Translations under genes and position numbers: made by a program
Assembly: GCF_009914755.1 (NCBI RefSeq)
Contig: NC_060938.1
Direction: 5' to 3' (one strand)
DNA: 64,000 bases
Source of the DNA: the human T2T-CHM13v2.0 reference genome, Homo sapiens
The notes under the pieces: generated by a model
Seen by the model: the letters and a program-made list of their open reading frames with translations, nothing else
Database searches by the model: none
What the model was told of the DNA's origin: nothing
Shown: one piece after another, positions 11,701 through 25,769 of the stretch
Position numbering within the stretch: the stretch's first letter is position 1
Layout: every line of letters starts with the position of its first letter

Positions 11701-14404
11701 CCACTAACCCATGTTTTCTTTGAAACTCTGTAGCTTTTGGTATGGAATCCTTGCTCCATAGATTCACTCTGAGCAGAATTTAATATGAAAAGTCTACCTT
11801 GAACATGGAAATTTTATATCCAGGGACATGATGGAAGTTTTGGTGCAAAAGTAGTATATTAACTCCTGATGATTTGTTGTTTAAATGTAGACTTTCTTGC
11901 TACTCTAAATCCTTTGAAGTATGAGACTGTGAATGCATAGATATTTCACCTTACAGTTTTGCAGTCTTGTAAATCCCTGTCAGTGGCAGCAATTAAACCT
12001 ACAAGTAGATGACAGCCTCTTAGAAGGAAACCAACAATACATGTATACTGTATTTTATATTGAAATCACTATAATTATTATTTCTAGAAAATAATGTGTC
12101 TGAATAGGGTTGACTAGAAAATGAATCATAAAACACGATAATAATATTAAATAGACCACATTAAATTATTTCTGGAACGAGATGGTAGATAGATAACTAG
12201 CTTCCTACCTAGACAGATAGAAATAGCTACCATAAAAAGTAAATATATACAGCAATTTTTATTATGCATTGCATTTTTTTTATACTCACCAGTTCATTTA
12301 ATCAAAGCAACAAATCTGGGATTTGTTTTTGCCTAATTTACAGAGCATGGTATTGTGTTAAAGATTTTAACACCAGGATCTAAGTTAGTCCCCTAAACAA
12401 TTACGTGAGATCAGTATTATTATCATTATTACTATCATTATTGTTATTACCTTTTAAGGCAATCTAGAGCCTCAAAGAAGATACAATGCTATAATTAAAG
12501 ACAGTAGTCTGGTCGGTGGTTGAACCATGCCTAGAAGTAGAATCTTATAGCATGTCTAACCTCTCTTCTTTTGATAACATTGCACTACACCGAAAAAAGA
12601 TAAATATTTTCTATTATTTGTTAGTGGTTATATATTGATTTTTAAGGTTAAACAAGTATATAGAATAATAACCAGGCATAAGGTGATGCCAAGACCAGGA
12701 TGATGAGAATGAAGAAAATCTATATGACTGATTTTCTTGGGCAATGTATAAAACCAAACATCTCAGATATTTAAAACTAATTAAGCTTCTGCTAAAACTT
12801 CCAATAGGTAATTTTTATTGACTTTAAGATTTACTAATTTTCAGATATTAGGCACTCAGTAATTATTTGTGGAATGAATAAAATAAATGGGAAAAATATT
12901 TCTTTATTTGAATATTTAGGAGAATCTCCCAATATTGAATAGTGAGCATTTAATCTACTTCAGAGTTGTAGTATTTTTTGCTGACGGTGTACTCTTCTCT
13001 GGAAGTACCACGTAACAGTGAAATTCCAAGTTGCCACGATCTTGGGAGAAGGGGACTTCCTCCAGAAAGCATGGAGCATGGCAGATGGAATGGACTTTAG
13101 TGTAAGCCAATTCCAGATCAAAATTCAACCCCACCCTGAGCTGTAGCTAATTCACTTCTCTCTGAGCTTTGCTTCTGTCATCTAGAAAATGGAGCAACAG
13201 TATCTTAAAGTGTTCTTATAAGCATCACTTCAGATCTAACATTTAATTAATAATCATCTTTTAAAATTCTGCTTTGTGTCTTTCCATAAATGATTTGCAG
13301 TGCCTTACAAAAGTGCACGTAATGCAAAGTGGAAAGTAAGCGTTGATAACAAAGAGATTTTTTTAAATGTTATACATATTGATACACAGATTCTCTCAGT
13401 ACCTGGCAAAATAAATGTTTTGTCTTCCCTTAACTTGTCAGGTCTTTTGGAGAACTATCATTTAATCCTTAATACAAAAACCATGTTTGGGAAGAGACAT
13501 GGATGAAGTCAATCATCTTTCTCCCACTCCCCAAACAACTGAAAAAATATAAGCAAAGGAAAAGTGTCATGATTGGATTCTTTTATTTCTCACTAGCTTC
13601 CAAGTTCCTGGCCATTTTCAAGGGAGATATGGTACCTTAGCTTAAATTGCTTGTGACTCTTCCCAAATTACTTTCATTTGTTCCAGGTTTTGAAATCCAT
13701 CCACATCCCCCAGCCCCATCCTTCCCATCCCTGTCCCGTACATTTTTAATAATGCTGCCATGGCCTTCATACTCATCTATGGTGTCATTAAATATCTGCG
13801 GAGGTCCCTGTGTCATATGGGGAACAGATTGCCACTCAGTCTTTCCTTTGCTAGGAGTCAAGCAAGGGACAATGAGGCCCACAGCCTCTGTGCTTCTGCA
13901 ACTCTCTGCTCTGCTCTTTTTCCTGGTGATGAGTAAAGGCTCTGAGAGGACCCCTGCAAGGACAGTATAGCTATCAAGTGTGGGCACTCCAACTTTCCCA
14001 ACTTACGTGATAATTCCCAATCATGCCTGTGGGATATTGTGGCTTTCTCTGGGAAGTTATCACACACAAAGTGATGTATTCTCTGGAAATATTAGGTTAC
14101 ACATCAACTTGGTCTAAAAAGGACAGATGAGTCACTATTTGAACTTTGGCTAAAATGTGGGAGATTGGGATCTCAGTCGGATCCAAACGACTCTGGAAAA
14201 GCTGTGGGAAATGTCAGGGTAGAAAGAACACTTGACAACAAAGCGAGGGTAGGGGAAGGCTCGCTGGCTCAGGAGGAATGCAGAGTGCAGAGGGAAGAGT
14301 AAGATGGCGGTCAGCAGCCAGAATCAAGCTCGTCCCCTCCTGACTCTGCAAACCTGGCAGCAGGTGGGATAGACAGGCTCCTGGTTTTACCAACCTTGTG
14401 TCTA

Positions 14405-14767
<363 letters not shown>

Positions 14768-15939
14768 TCACTTCCTGGAGAAGGAAGGGAGGAGCCCAGG
14801 ACCTCCAAGAGCACTGGGTGGTTTCTTAGGGCTCTGATGTGATTTGAGGCCTCATTTCCTGTGCCACAATCATCAAAGATAGTTTAAAGTGCCAGAGTTG
14901 GGAGTTTCAGAGCATGCTCTATTATATGCTGTACCTCTTTTTGGTAGAGTTCATAGTTAAAATTACTTCAAGATCTGCCTTCTCATCTAGAAGTTCTATC
15001 TAGAGTTTCTATGCATTTCTCCAGTGTTTATGAAGTAGATACTTCAAAAATATGTATTATGTCGTAAATGGAAATGATTCTAATTCAACTGAGGAGCTAG
15101 TATGTGCTCAATTGGACCCCATCAAGAATTGAGCATGTATTAGGTCCTCGATTTTATTGAAAAAGAAGAAGGAATAAAATATTGAAATAAATGGGAAGAA
15201 ACTTTAGAGATGATCACATCGAACTTTATTGAGAAAATTTGCAAATTTTTGGCAGCACCTTTGCTCAAACTTCACCTAAAGCCCCACTAGTCACCATGCT
15301 TATGTGGTTAACATACAAAGTCCTTGAGTCAGAAGGCTACATGTTTTTCTAAAATTTAGTAAGAACAATTTTATCATTTAAAAATATATTTAGTTTTACT
15401 CATTAATTTTATGACTACTAAATACATCACTAGATAAAAAACTATAACATCGCATAAATAGCATACTACAAAATATAATACAATTGATAAAAACCTATAA
15501 AAAAGGAACTACCATGCACAGGCTTCTTTTACTTCATAAATGTTATGAAAATGACTTAAAATGTTTTTGAAAAATTATTGGGAAACATTGGGGTTGGATA
15601 ATATTTCATAATTTAGCAGTCTTAAATATAAGGAAATACAATTAGCTGAGAAAAATTATATAAGCAGCAATTATAATAATTATTATATTGAATAGTCAAG
15701 AGAATAGCACCAAAATATTATTAAGAATGATACTTCTGGAAAGCACTTTTGTATTTACACCTGTGTTTTCACATGCAATGGTCCGGCCATTCCTCAAAAT
15801 CAACCTTTGCAGTTGGAGTATTTTTGTTCTAATTCTGCCAAAAATGAAATGCAGGCTTAAGTGATTTGCCAAGAGTCTTGCAGCTAAAAGTGGTAACACT
15901 ATGCCTCTGAGCATGTCTTTTGCTTCGAGGTCTAGATTT

Positions 15940-16297
15940 TGGTGGTTATTACAGCTGATATTTGTTTTTAAACTGCACAGTGGTTGATTAATACTTGGGA
16001 ACCAGAAGGAACGTTGAGTTTCTTGGGGAGCTCTATTTATGCCACTATTACTTGGCCGGGAAGTAAATGTTTTCCTAGAAACCCCATTGGCCAGGCTGTG
16101 TCACATGGCCACATGCTGCAAAGGAGGCTGGGAAAGTGTGCCTCTGGCAAGGCAAAATTAAATGACCCAACTGGCCTCTTACCAAGCAAGATTCATGCCC
16201 TCAGACGGGTGCATTGCAGTCTCAAACAAAATTTGAATCTGTCTGCAAAGAGGTGGCAAAGTGTAGTTAGGGTAGATGACTACCAGTGACTGCCACA
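15940..16297 (-). mobile_element. MLT1K-like MaLR LTR
   Basis: CATTGGCCAGGCTGTGTCACATGGCCAC ... GCTGCAAAGGAGGCTGGGAAA ... CTGCCACA end. Confidence 0.6.
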
Positions 16298-17699
16298 GTT
16301 GGTCTTTGCTTATGGTCTTTTCAATCCCTTAACTCTAGGTGTTGTGTTTTCCATAAGGTCGATTCCCAATATGTAACAGTTTATAAAGTTTAAAGCACAG
16401 GAAAAATTAAATCAAGTGGCCACCATGTCCAAGGGCCCCTCTGGCCTGATAATTAGGTTGATATTTGCAGCAGGCATTCATTGAGCACCATGGTGAGTGT
16501 TTTATGTGCAGTTTTCCATTTCTCAATTTCACGCATTAAACATGGTGCAGTTGATCCCTCCCGTTCTCACTGGCTGATGCCTACCCTCATGTGACACTCA
16601 GCTCAGATATCCACTCCACCACTGGGCCTTCTTGGATCGTCATTTATGTCTCCCATGCTGTGTTAGATGTTCTTTCTCTGTTCCCCATGTGCCCAAGTTT
16701 CTCCCTCTCCTGCTCTCCCTTCCTTCCCTTCTCCCTCCTTCTTTCCCCTTCTCTCTCTTTTTCTTGCTCTTCCATCCTCATTCCTTTATAAATATCAAAA
16801 TATATATTTTAATATCTGCCTTCATTCTTCCTCTCTAATTGGATAATAGTGGGCTAGAAGAAGGGAACCCAGTTTCCTTTAATTCTGTTTCTCAACCTTT
16901 AGGCCCAGTCAAAGCCTAGAGCAGGGACTTGGCACGTGTGTCTCTTGTATGGAAGACAGTGACTTGCCTAATGTCAGGAAGAAATTTGGATCAGAATCTG
17001 CATCCTGGATTTTGATCTGTGTGCTTCAGAACATGGCTTCCATTGCTGCTGAGAGAGTCCTAGGCCAGAAGAGGTCACGGAAATTAAAAGCCACACAAGG
17101 TGTCAAGACACACACCAGGCCAGCTGAGCCCAGGGCTGGAGGGCTTTCTGAGCACCCCAGCTTGTCTTAACCACAGAGCCACCATCCTTCATGGCCCCCA
17201 AATAATGGTGCATGTTAATTAAACCCCACCACTCTCCTCTAGAAGCCTCTGTCACCAGGCTGCTCCTCACAGGGGCTGGGGTGCCTCCTTTCTGTGTCAT
17301 CTTCTCCCCAGCTTCCCCCGACTGTTGCCGATTTCCCATGCTCCCCTGGCCTGGGATTGAGTGGCAGCTCAGCTTCAGAAAGCAGGTGTTGTGGAAGTGA
17401 AGCGAGCATCGCAGACAGCACATTAGGTAGCATCCGTCCCGGGGGACCCCTGAGGCTCCAGCTTTGGCAGCCCCAACTGCTCCTCCAAGGGGTGGGAGGG
17501 CCAGGCCTGCCCGGCCCTGACCAGATGTTTGGGAAAAGTGCCAGGCTACAGCAAAGAAAATTGCTGCCAATTTATCTAAGGTGTAATAAGTATTAAGGAA
17601 GCCTCTTTCTCATGTTTTTGTTTACAAGAAAGGCTCAAATCTTACAAAGACTCAGGGGCTTCGGAGTGCATCTCCGTAGGTGTCCCTGGGACACTGCAC

Positions 17700-18090
17700 T
17701 GAGAGTCTATGGACATGGGTTCTAGTCTCCATTTTGCCACTGACTTCCTTGGGACCTTAGAACAATCTTTTAGCCTTTCTGGGTTTTGTTCCCTCCATTG
17801 TAAAATGAAGATGAAAAACTAGAAAATTTCTAAAGACAGTTTCAGCTCTTAAAAAAGTGGGAAGAATAAAACCTGGGACTCTAAAATCTACTCATCCTAA
17901 AGATACATCCTTAGACCAGGATGCCTAGATTATTTGAGGTCAAAAGAACTTAAACGTCATAGTTCAATCTCTTAGTTGACAGAGGAGTAAACTGAGACTT
18001 GGAGAGGTGGCTGTGCTTGGCAAAGCTCACCGGGTTCATTGGTTGGAGCAGAGCTCCACACGGAGCCAAGGCTCCTGGCTTACAGATCCA
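17700..18090. mobile_element. MIR/MIR3 fragments in opposite orientations
   Basis: GACATGGGTTCTAGTC ... TGTAAAATGA (+); ACAGAGGAGTAAACTGAGAC (-). Confidence 0.55.
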
Positions 18091-19045
18091 GATGAGACCA
18101 CCCTCAGCCTTCCAGACCATGGCTCCTGGCTAGGGCTGCTGATCTCCCAGGGTGCATTTCACAGCCCAGACCAGCCCACAGAAAGAGGGAGAGAGGGTGA
18201 TGTGTGAACTGCTTCAGAGCGAAACTTGAAAGGAGATGAGCCGAAACTCGAAACAAGATGAACTGACTGTGTCCTGGCTCAGAGTAAGCCGTGGGTGGGC
18301 TGGCCTTAGACCCAGGTCTGGAAGCCCCGGCCAGCGCCTTTGATGGGGCCTAGCAACTGGGCCCAGCTCAGCAGTTTCTGACAGTTTCAGCCTCGAACAA
18401 GCAAAACTCAGGCCGGAGTTCATGTGAAGTAGAGAGCTCACATGAACACCCAGCTCAAAGTGAAACGTGGGGCAGTGAGAATTCACACAGCCTGAAACCA
18501 AACAGGGAAAAAAGACATTTAATGAGTGCCCTTCAGCTCACCAGCACTGCCTGCCTTCCCTACAATTTACTTCCACCGTTCAGCCTAACTCAATTTCGGG
18601 AGTCACAACTACCTCAAAGGCAAGACAGTGCATCCACAGAAGGAATACTGGGGTCCCAGAGATCTGGGCTAGAATCCCGGACCTATGGTTTAGTGCTGTG
18701 CATCCTCAGGGTAGTGACTTCACTTCTCTGAGCTATAGTGTATGGATAAGGGAAGGATAATAAGACCTGCTTTACCAAGCTGTTAGCCATAGTATCAGCA
18801 GTAGAAAGTGCTGTTGAGCTCTGTGTGCCAATCTGCTCTGTGATTTTTATTTGATATTCCTTTTAACCCTTTTTCTAGCAGTTCCATGCCTGTCCCATTG
18901 ACATCTTCATTTCTATAAACAGTTCTATTGAGATATAATTTACATACCATAAAATTTACCTGTTTCCAGTGTACCAGCATCATTTTATAAAGGAGAAACT
19001 GATGCTCAAAGAGGTTGAGTTTGCCACAGATCACGTGGTACAGGA

Positions 19046-19244
19046 CAGGTATGGGCAATTTTTTTCTGTTAAAGGCCAGATGGTAAATATTTTTGGCTTT
19101 GGGGCCTTAAGGTCTCTGTCACAACTACTATTTATTCCTTTGTAGTACCCAACAGCACAGAAAATATGTAAACAAATTGGTGTGGCTATGTGGCAATCTT
19201 TTTTTTACAAAAGCAGGTGGCAGAGTTGGACCTGCTGGCCCCTG
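19046..19244 (-). mobile_element. MER58A (hAT-Charlie)
   Basis: TTCTGTTAAAGGCCAGATGGTAAATATTTT ... GGTCTCTGTCACAACTAC ... TGTGGCTATG. Confidence 0.8.
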
Positions 19245-19429
19245 GTGCGTGATCTTCCACTACTTAAGACTCTATCATGATTGCCCAGGCCATTGAGAAT
19301 TATATCTGACTTCCTTGTGTTCTAGAGGCCCCCAGGACCTAGCCAGGACTCCCCAGGGCAGGCGGACCCGCTGGCTGGTGCTCAGTCTCCCACCTCTCCC
19401 CACTCAAGCTTGGTCAATCTCTTCTCTCC

Positions 19430-19750
19430 TTCTGCAGTGTTCTGCTGTCTTTTGCATGGCTGGTTTTCTCTTTTCCTTTAGGTCTCAGATTAAATGCTGC
19501 TTCCTCACAGAGCCCTTCCTGACAATGCTACAGATCACTTGCTGGGATTCACTATACTTCCCTTGCTTGCCCCCTTCAAAACACCCAACTCTTCTTGCAA
19601 TTTTTTTATTAATTTGTGTCTTTGCTTTTTTCTTCATCAACTTCCCTCATCAGCATAAACTCCACAGAACAGGAATCATACACATCTTGTTCTATATCCC
19701 TCTCTGATCAACACAAAGAAGGGGCACCATGTGAATTTGTGAAATGGATG
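19430..19750 (+). mobile_element. L2 3' fragment
   Basis: TTAGGTCTCAGATTAAATGCTGCTTCCTCACAGAGCCCTTCCTGAC ... CATAAACTCCAC. Confidence 0.6.
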
Positions 19751-19984
19751 CAAGTGAGGCACTGGCCCTTCTTTTGAGTTTCACAGTCCATGCTCTGGCC
19801 ATTTGTCCACTGCCATCCATGGCCTCCTGTAGACAACCTTGGCAGAATTAAGAGCATCCCTTAATTCCTTGCTCCTCCCACCCACCCCCCAAAGCTGATT
19901 CAAGCTTGGCAATGAAGATACATATCCTTAACTGATATCAGTAGCTTTGATACTGTGGGTAAAAAAGCTCTAAAATTATTTTTT

Positions 19985-20317
<333 letters not shown>

Positions 20318-22779
20318 TTAAAGAGATTGAGAGATGGTCTGAAATGTGGGATTGGAGCTATGACAAGGGAAGATTTTTCCTGAAGACTCAGGCTGATGGA
20401 GTCCTGGGCACTCCCGTTCTTAGGGACTGAACAAGACATCCCTTGTCCCCAGTGCAGCCTCTGGTTTCTTCTCTCAGATGCAGGAGAAAAGTAAGAATAC
20501 CCCCTCCTGTCTTTTTATTAATTTCCTTTCTGGTTGTCCGAACAACTGTTTTCGTCCTGGAAACATTTAGAAATTGTACACATGCTCCTTATTTTCGACC
20601 TTTCCTTTACTTCTCTTCACTCATTGAAACCCGCTTGAAAGGCTGGGGGCAGCCTGCCAATTTCTCTAACCCTAAAAGAAGAAAAAGAAAACAACATAAA
20701 ACCTCAGGCAAACGTGTTTAAAATGCAGACAGTGGTTCACTTCCATTTTCATCTTCCAGTATCAGTCTGTATAAATCAGAAGCTGGGGTTGCTGGGTTAT
20801 CATGTACATTCTTGATTTGCAGTGATGCAAGTCACTTTATTCAACATCAAGAAACAAATGTGGATGCTGCTCCAGGGATGAAAGGGTTTCTCCGTTCAAA
20901 CTCCGCTCTCTGGAATGTGTTTAACTGAGTAGAAGAAGATGATCGAATAAGCGGACAGTCTCGTCTCATCACGGGTGTTCCCTAAACTCTGTGTTTCTGG
21001 ATGTGCCCTGCTGGTCAAAATTGGAAACAGGTTGGGAGAGTTGAAAGAGTCCCAGTCATGTCTACTTGAATTTGATTGTTGACTTCATCAATGACTTTCT
21101 GTCGGAAGTTAGCTACATTTTTCAGTCTTTGAGATCTTTAGCTTTCCTTTAAACTAAGTCAGAATAACAGTACTAATGCTGCAGGCTGACTTTGGTAATA
21201 GAGGTGTCGTCTGTGTAAGGGGTCAGTATGTGCCCATCTCATCGAAGGCCCTCAATAAAAGGAAGGCAGTGTTATTGTGACAACATTTTCTCTAGTCTGT
21301 GGCCTTGGCTGTGGAGTGTTCTCCTGCACATCATGCATACAAAACACCCCATATGTTTGATGTGAGCTCCGGGGTCTGCGACCAACCGTGATTTGAAAAG
21401 CAGATGTTATTAATCTTCTAAACACTGCACATCAGCCATGATGTCATTTAGGACTGACAGTGGATGCGCTGCCTCCTTCCCTTTTGGAGATAATTATTTT
21501 GAAGCACTAGGAGAGGCCGTTTGTTTTTTAAGACAGTTGGGGCCAATTTGCCTTTTGAGAATCCAGTGGCAGCCTGTAATGAAAACATGAAAATAAGCAC
21601 GGGCCCCAAGCTCAGACATTCAAGGCAGGAAGGCTGCAAAGCAGAGCAAAGCTCCATGTGGACCGCGAGTGCCTGCCTGTAACCTATGGAAGAGTGGAAG
21701 GAAGGTGGTGGAGAAGCCAGCTCCTGGAAAAGTGCCGCAGCAAGAGGACATGCTCGTCGTGGCATAGGGAATGTCTCACAGAGTCCAGACTTCAGAATAC
21801 TGAAGGAGCTATTTCCAGGTTTGAATTGCCTAGCAATGAGGCTCTATTATCACAAACCAGGATGGGATGGGCCCATCTCTGGAAGCAGTGCAGGAATACA
21901 TTCAACTCAACAAATGTTCATTGTGCACCTGCCATGTGGGAGAGAATGATGACCACAGGTTTATGGCTCCTTCCCTGGAAGGAGCTCAGAGACAAGGGTA
22001 AGCTGATATTGACCACACATTGTGTAAGGCACATGATGGGCATCCCTCATCTGATCTTCTTCCCATAGCACCGCAAAGTAGGGAATGTACAAATCCACAG
22101 AGATAAGGAAGTCTGAGAGGCAGGAACAACAGACAAAGGGTGTCAAGTACTAGGACCTTAGAGAATAGGTGAGAAGGCAGCAAATCACTTGGCTGACAGT
22201 AAGAACAACACCAAAGTGTCTGCCTGGGGTAGGGGCATCAAGGGCCAGGGAGATGTGCACTGGGGAGTCCTGGGGAGGCTGAGGATGGGACAACCACTTG
22301 CCTCTGAAGGCCAGATTCAAGGTCAGACTGAATACAGGATGACTGGCCAGGAGGCTACTTCCACCCTGCCGCAGCATGAACTGCTCCTTCCACCCTACCC
22401 TGCCAGAGACAAGAGACATGGAGTTTAGTCTGTAGAAGAACTGAACTAGGAAGGCTCCAGATCCCAGGTAGCCCAGTGAAACCAAGAAGATTTGGTGAAA
22501 GTGTAGTGACTGCATGGTGAGATCCTTCACACCCGTTGCCTCAATTCACTTCCCCTACATGGCCACCAGAACATGGTTAGGATGAGAGAGGCCAGGCAAG
22601 GGATAGGAGCTTTATCATCATTGGAAACTCTGAGCAGCTGATGATCCAGGACCTACAAATATTAAAATTTGGAGTTGAACCAGTGAAAGAGCTAAGTCTT
22701 TTATCTATTTTAAAGCAAAGTGTTTGACAAATCTCACCCAGCACACGCAGCCTCCACACAAGCTATGGCTCCATGCTGT

Positions 22780-23000
22780 TCATTGTCAATGGGCAACAAA
22801 GGATCATATGTATTTGAGAAAAGCATGAACTTCAGACTCTAAATCTAAAAGGAAAAGGAGACACTGCAGGGAACAGAAGATAATTATATAATTTAGAGAA
22901 ATAAAAGAAGATACTGCATCTATTGCAAAAGAATAAGACGCTATTAAAAGAAAACATTTGGAGCAAAAGAAAACTGTCTCAGGATTCAAAGTGTGTTAGC
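22780..23000 (+). mobile_element. HAL1/L1M ORF1-region fragment (5' part)
   Basis: GGATCATATGTATTTGAGAAAAGC ... AGAGAAATAAAAGAAGATACTGCATC A-rich ORF1-like sequence. Confidence 0.5.
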
Positions 23001-24023
23001 ACTTAACACTACTGAGTTACACGCTGAAAAATGATTAAGATGGTGGATTTTATACTATATATATTTTGCGCAGTTAAAAATTTTTAAAGTATCTAAATAG
23101 TTTCACAAAGGATACATACATATGTCATATGTATATGGGATATATAATGAACCCCTTCAAATCAATAATATGAAGACAAATAACCCAATAAAAAATGGAC
23201 AACAGACACTTCATAAAAGAATATAAAGAATATAGACAAATGGCCAATGAGGACATAAAAAAATGCTCAACATCATCAGCCATCAGAAAAATACAAATAA
23301 AAATCATAACAAGATACCACTATATAGTCACCAAAACAGCTAAAATGAAAATGACTGACAAAGCCAAATGTTGACAAGGATGTGGAACAATTAGAATGCT
23401 CATGTACTGTTAATGGTAGTAAAAATGGTTGAATTATATTGGAAAAACTTCTGGCAGTTTCTGAAAACAATCTGAACATCGTTCTACCCTATGACCTAAA
23501 CATTCCACTTCTAGGTGTATACCCAGTAGAAATAAAAAGATGTTTACTGGAAGAACTGCACAAAATATTAACTTCAGCTTTATTCATAATAACCCCAAAC
23601 TGGAAACACCTCAGGGGTTCCCTGAATGGCAATTGATAGTAAATGAAATAATACTCAGAAATAAGAAGGAACACAACATGGTTACAGGTAACAGTATAGA
23701 GAAATCCCAGAAACATGTCAAGGTAAAGAGGCTGGACACAGACAGTATGCAATATTATTTCTTTTATGTACAGTTCCTTAATGCCAAACTAGTGCACCAT
23801 GAAGAAGTCCAAAGCGCCTTTTCTTTGGTAGAGAAGTAGAGAGTGCCTCCTTCTCCCTACTTGAGGAGCAAGCAGAGAGGTCTTTTCTGCGATGGGAATG
23901 TTCTCTATCTGGACTGTGCTTTCGGTTGCACTGGTGTATGCATCAGTCAAAACTCATCAGTGTGGGACACTTAAGATTTGTACACTTTATTGAATGTAAA
24001 TTTTACCTCAAAAGAAAAAAAAA
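23001..24023 (+). mobile_element. L1M (L1MB tail plus L1ME/MD-type ORF2 end and 3' UTR)
   Basis: AATGGCCAATGAGGACATAAAAAAATGCTCAACATCA ... TTCCACTTCTAGGTGTATACCCA ... TGTAAATTTTACCTCAAAA; degenerate. Confidence 0.8.
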
Positions 24024-24139
24024 GAGGCTTAAGCAATGATAAAACAGAAATGATTGCAGACAGGGAAGATAATCAAAACACAATTTAAAAGGTCCTCGAA
24101 GTGTTCTGCACGACTGGTGTAAAATGACCCAAGGAAGGA

Positions 24140-24428
24140 CTGTCATTTTTATTTTGTTGTTATTTTGCTATCAGATAGTTTATTAAAAGTTAGTGAAGTG
24201 CGCCTGTTAGGAAAACAGCTAACAATCTATTTTTAATGATAAAATTCAAAATCTCCAGTGAAAATTCGAATTTTGAAAGTTTTCTGTATCTCTCCATGAA
24301 TTTGACAGCTTCCCAATTCTTAAGGACTTTTTGTAATGAGATTGGTGATATTAACCAATGTGTTTTTCATATAGTATGATGAAATGTTTCAACATTTTCA
24401 AGATCTACACGATCATGTAAACTAAGTG
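24140..24428 (+). mobile_element. Charlie1-type hAT transposon internal fragment
   Basis: TTGACAGCTTCCCAATTCTTAAGGACTTTT ... GAGATTGGTGATATTAAC ... GAAATGTTTCAACATTT. Confidence 0.65.
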
Positions 24429-24430
24429 AA

Positions 24431-24526
24431 CTCGAAGGAAAATAATTCATTCTATCAGAAAGACACACACACTCGCATGTTCATCGCAGCTCTATTCACA
24501 ATAGCAAAGACATAGAATTAACCTAG
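24431..24526 (+). mobile_element. L1PA15/16-L1PB ORF2 internal fragment
   Basis: CACTCGCATGTTCATCGCAGCTCTATTCACAATAGCAAAGACATAGAATTAACCTAG. Confidence 0.75.
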
Positions 24527-24529
24527 CAC

Positions 24530-25580
24530 GGCCACTTTTAGAACACTGGAGATACAAAGAAGATTTGTAAAGCTTCCAGAGAGCAAGAACAAACAAGTGG
24601 CATTCATGTCGTTAAGACTCTGTATGACACCGGCTTCTCAGCAGCCCTGGGAGCGGGAAGGCTTTGCCTCATTGTCCTTAGACTCAGAGAGAAAGATAGT
24701 CTAACCTAGAATTCCATGCCTAGCTGCCAAACTACAATCAAGTGGGAAGGTCGGATAAGGACATGCCCATACATATCCTGTGTCCTTTCTCCAGGAATGA
24801 CAGAAGACTGTGTGCCCCAAACAAAGGTGATAACTAAGAACAAGGGGGACACAGAATGCAGGGAAAAAAGACCAATCAAGGGCAGAAGTGAAAGGAATTT
24901 CCAGGATCAGGAAGGAAGGAATTTCTAGGACTATATGTGTGGTTTGCAGAAAAATAAGACCAGACAAAAGCAGGAGTATAGAAAGCTCCAGAAAAAGACT
25001 TTTCCTAGAACAAAACAGACCCTACAGATGATCTGATTCTCAACTGCATTAGGAAAAACATGTACCAGAGAGAGTTCAGAGATGAATTAGAAGTAAGGAT
25101 ACGGAAAAGAGCAACAATGACTTAAACAGACGAGGTAGTGGTTAACTCAGTGAAACTGTACAAGAAGGGAAGTCCAATCATCACACTCCCTGTGACTCAG
25201 CATGGACAACACAGACATGGCCATGATGTCAGGATCATTATATACTGAGTCAAACAAAAACTGAACAGTAACAAGAGGAGGGAGAAATGCACAATTTGTG
25301 TATTTCTGCACGTGCATGGGAGAGGGCATGCAAATTTCCAGTGCTCATTTTGTATCATAGAAAGTCAACAGATATTCCCTACAATAAGCATAAAATATGT
25401 AGCTATGTAAGCAGGTTATTATAAATATATAGAGATAAATAAAAAGCAAAAACACCTAAACATTCAAAAGCGTTTTCTTCTAGGGGGCAGATATTGGGTG
25501 TGAACAGGGCTAGGGCAGAGGTTTGCTTTTCTCCATTAAGATCTATCTAGTCTTATTTTAATTTTAAACCATAGATGTAT
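24530..25580 (+). mobile_element. HAL1 (3' part)
   Basis: TAAAGCTTCCAGAGAG ... AACCTAGAATTCCATGCC ... CCAAACTACAATCAAGTG; ends TTTTAAACCAT. Confidence 0.55.
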
Positions 25581-25648
25581 ATGTGTATGTATGTTTGTAT
25601 GTATATGTATGTGTAGATAGAATATAGTTGCATCAATGATAGGTGATT

Positions 25649-25716
25649 GATAGATATAGATAGCTAGCTAGCTAGATAGATAGATGATTGATAGATTAGA
25701 TAGATGATAGATAGAT

Positions 25717-25759
<43 letters not shown>

Positions 25760-25769
25760 GATAGATAGA
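25649..25769 (+). repeat. (GATA)n compound microsatellite
   Basis: directly visible. Confidence 0.95.

Noticed and set aside
23125-23839. ORFs with L1 ORF2-like peptides (LPYDLNIPLLGVYP)
   Set aside because: Frameshifted remnants of an old L1, not a functional CDS.
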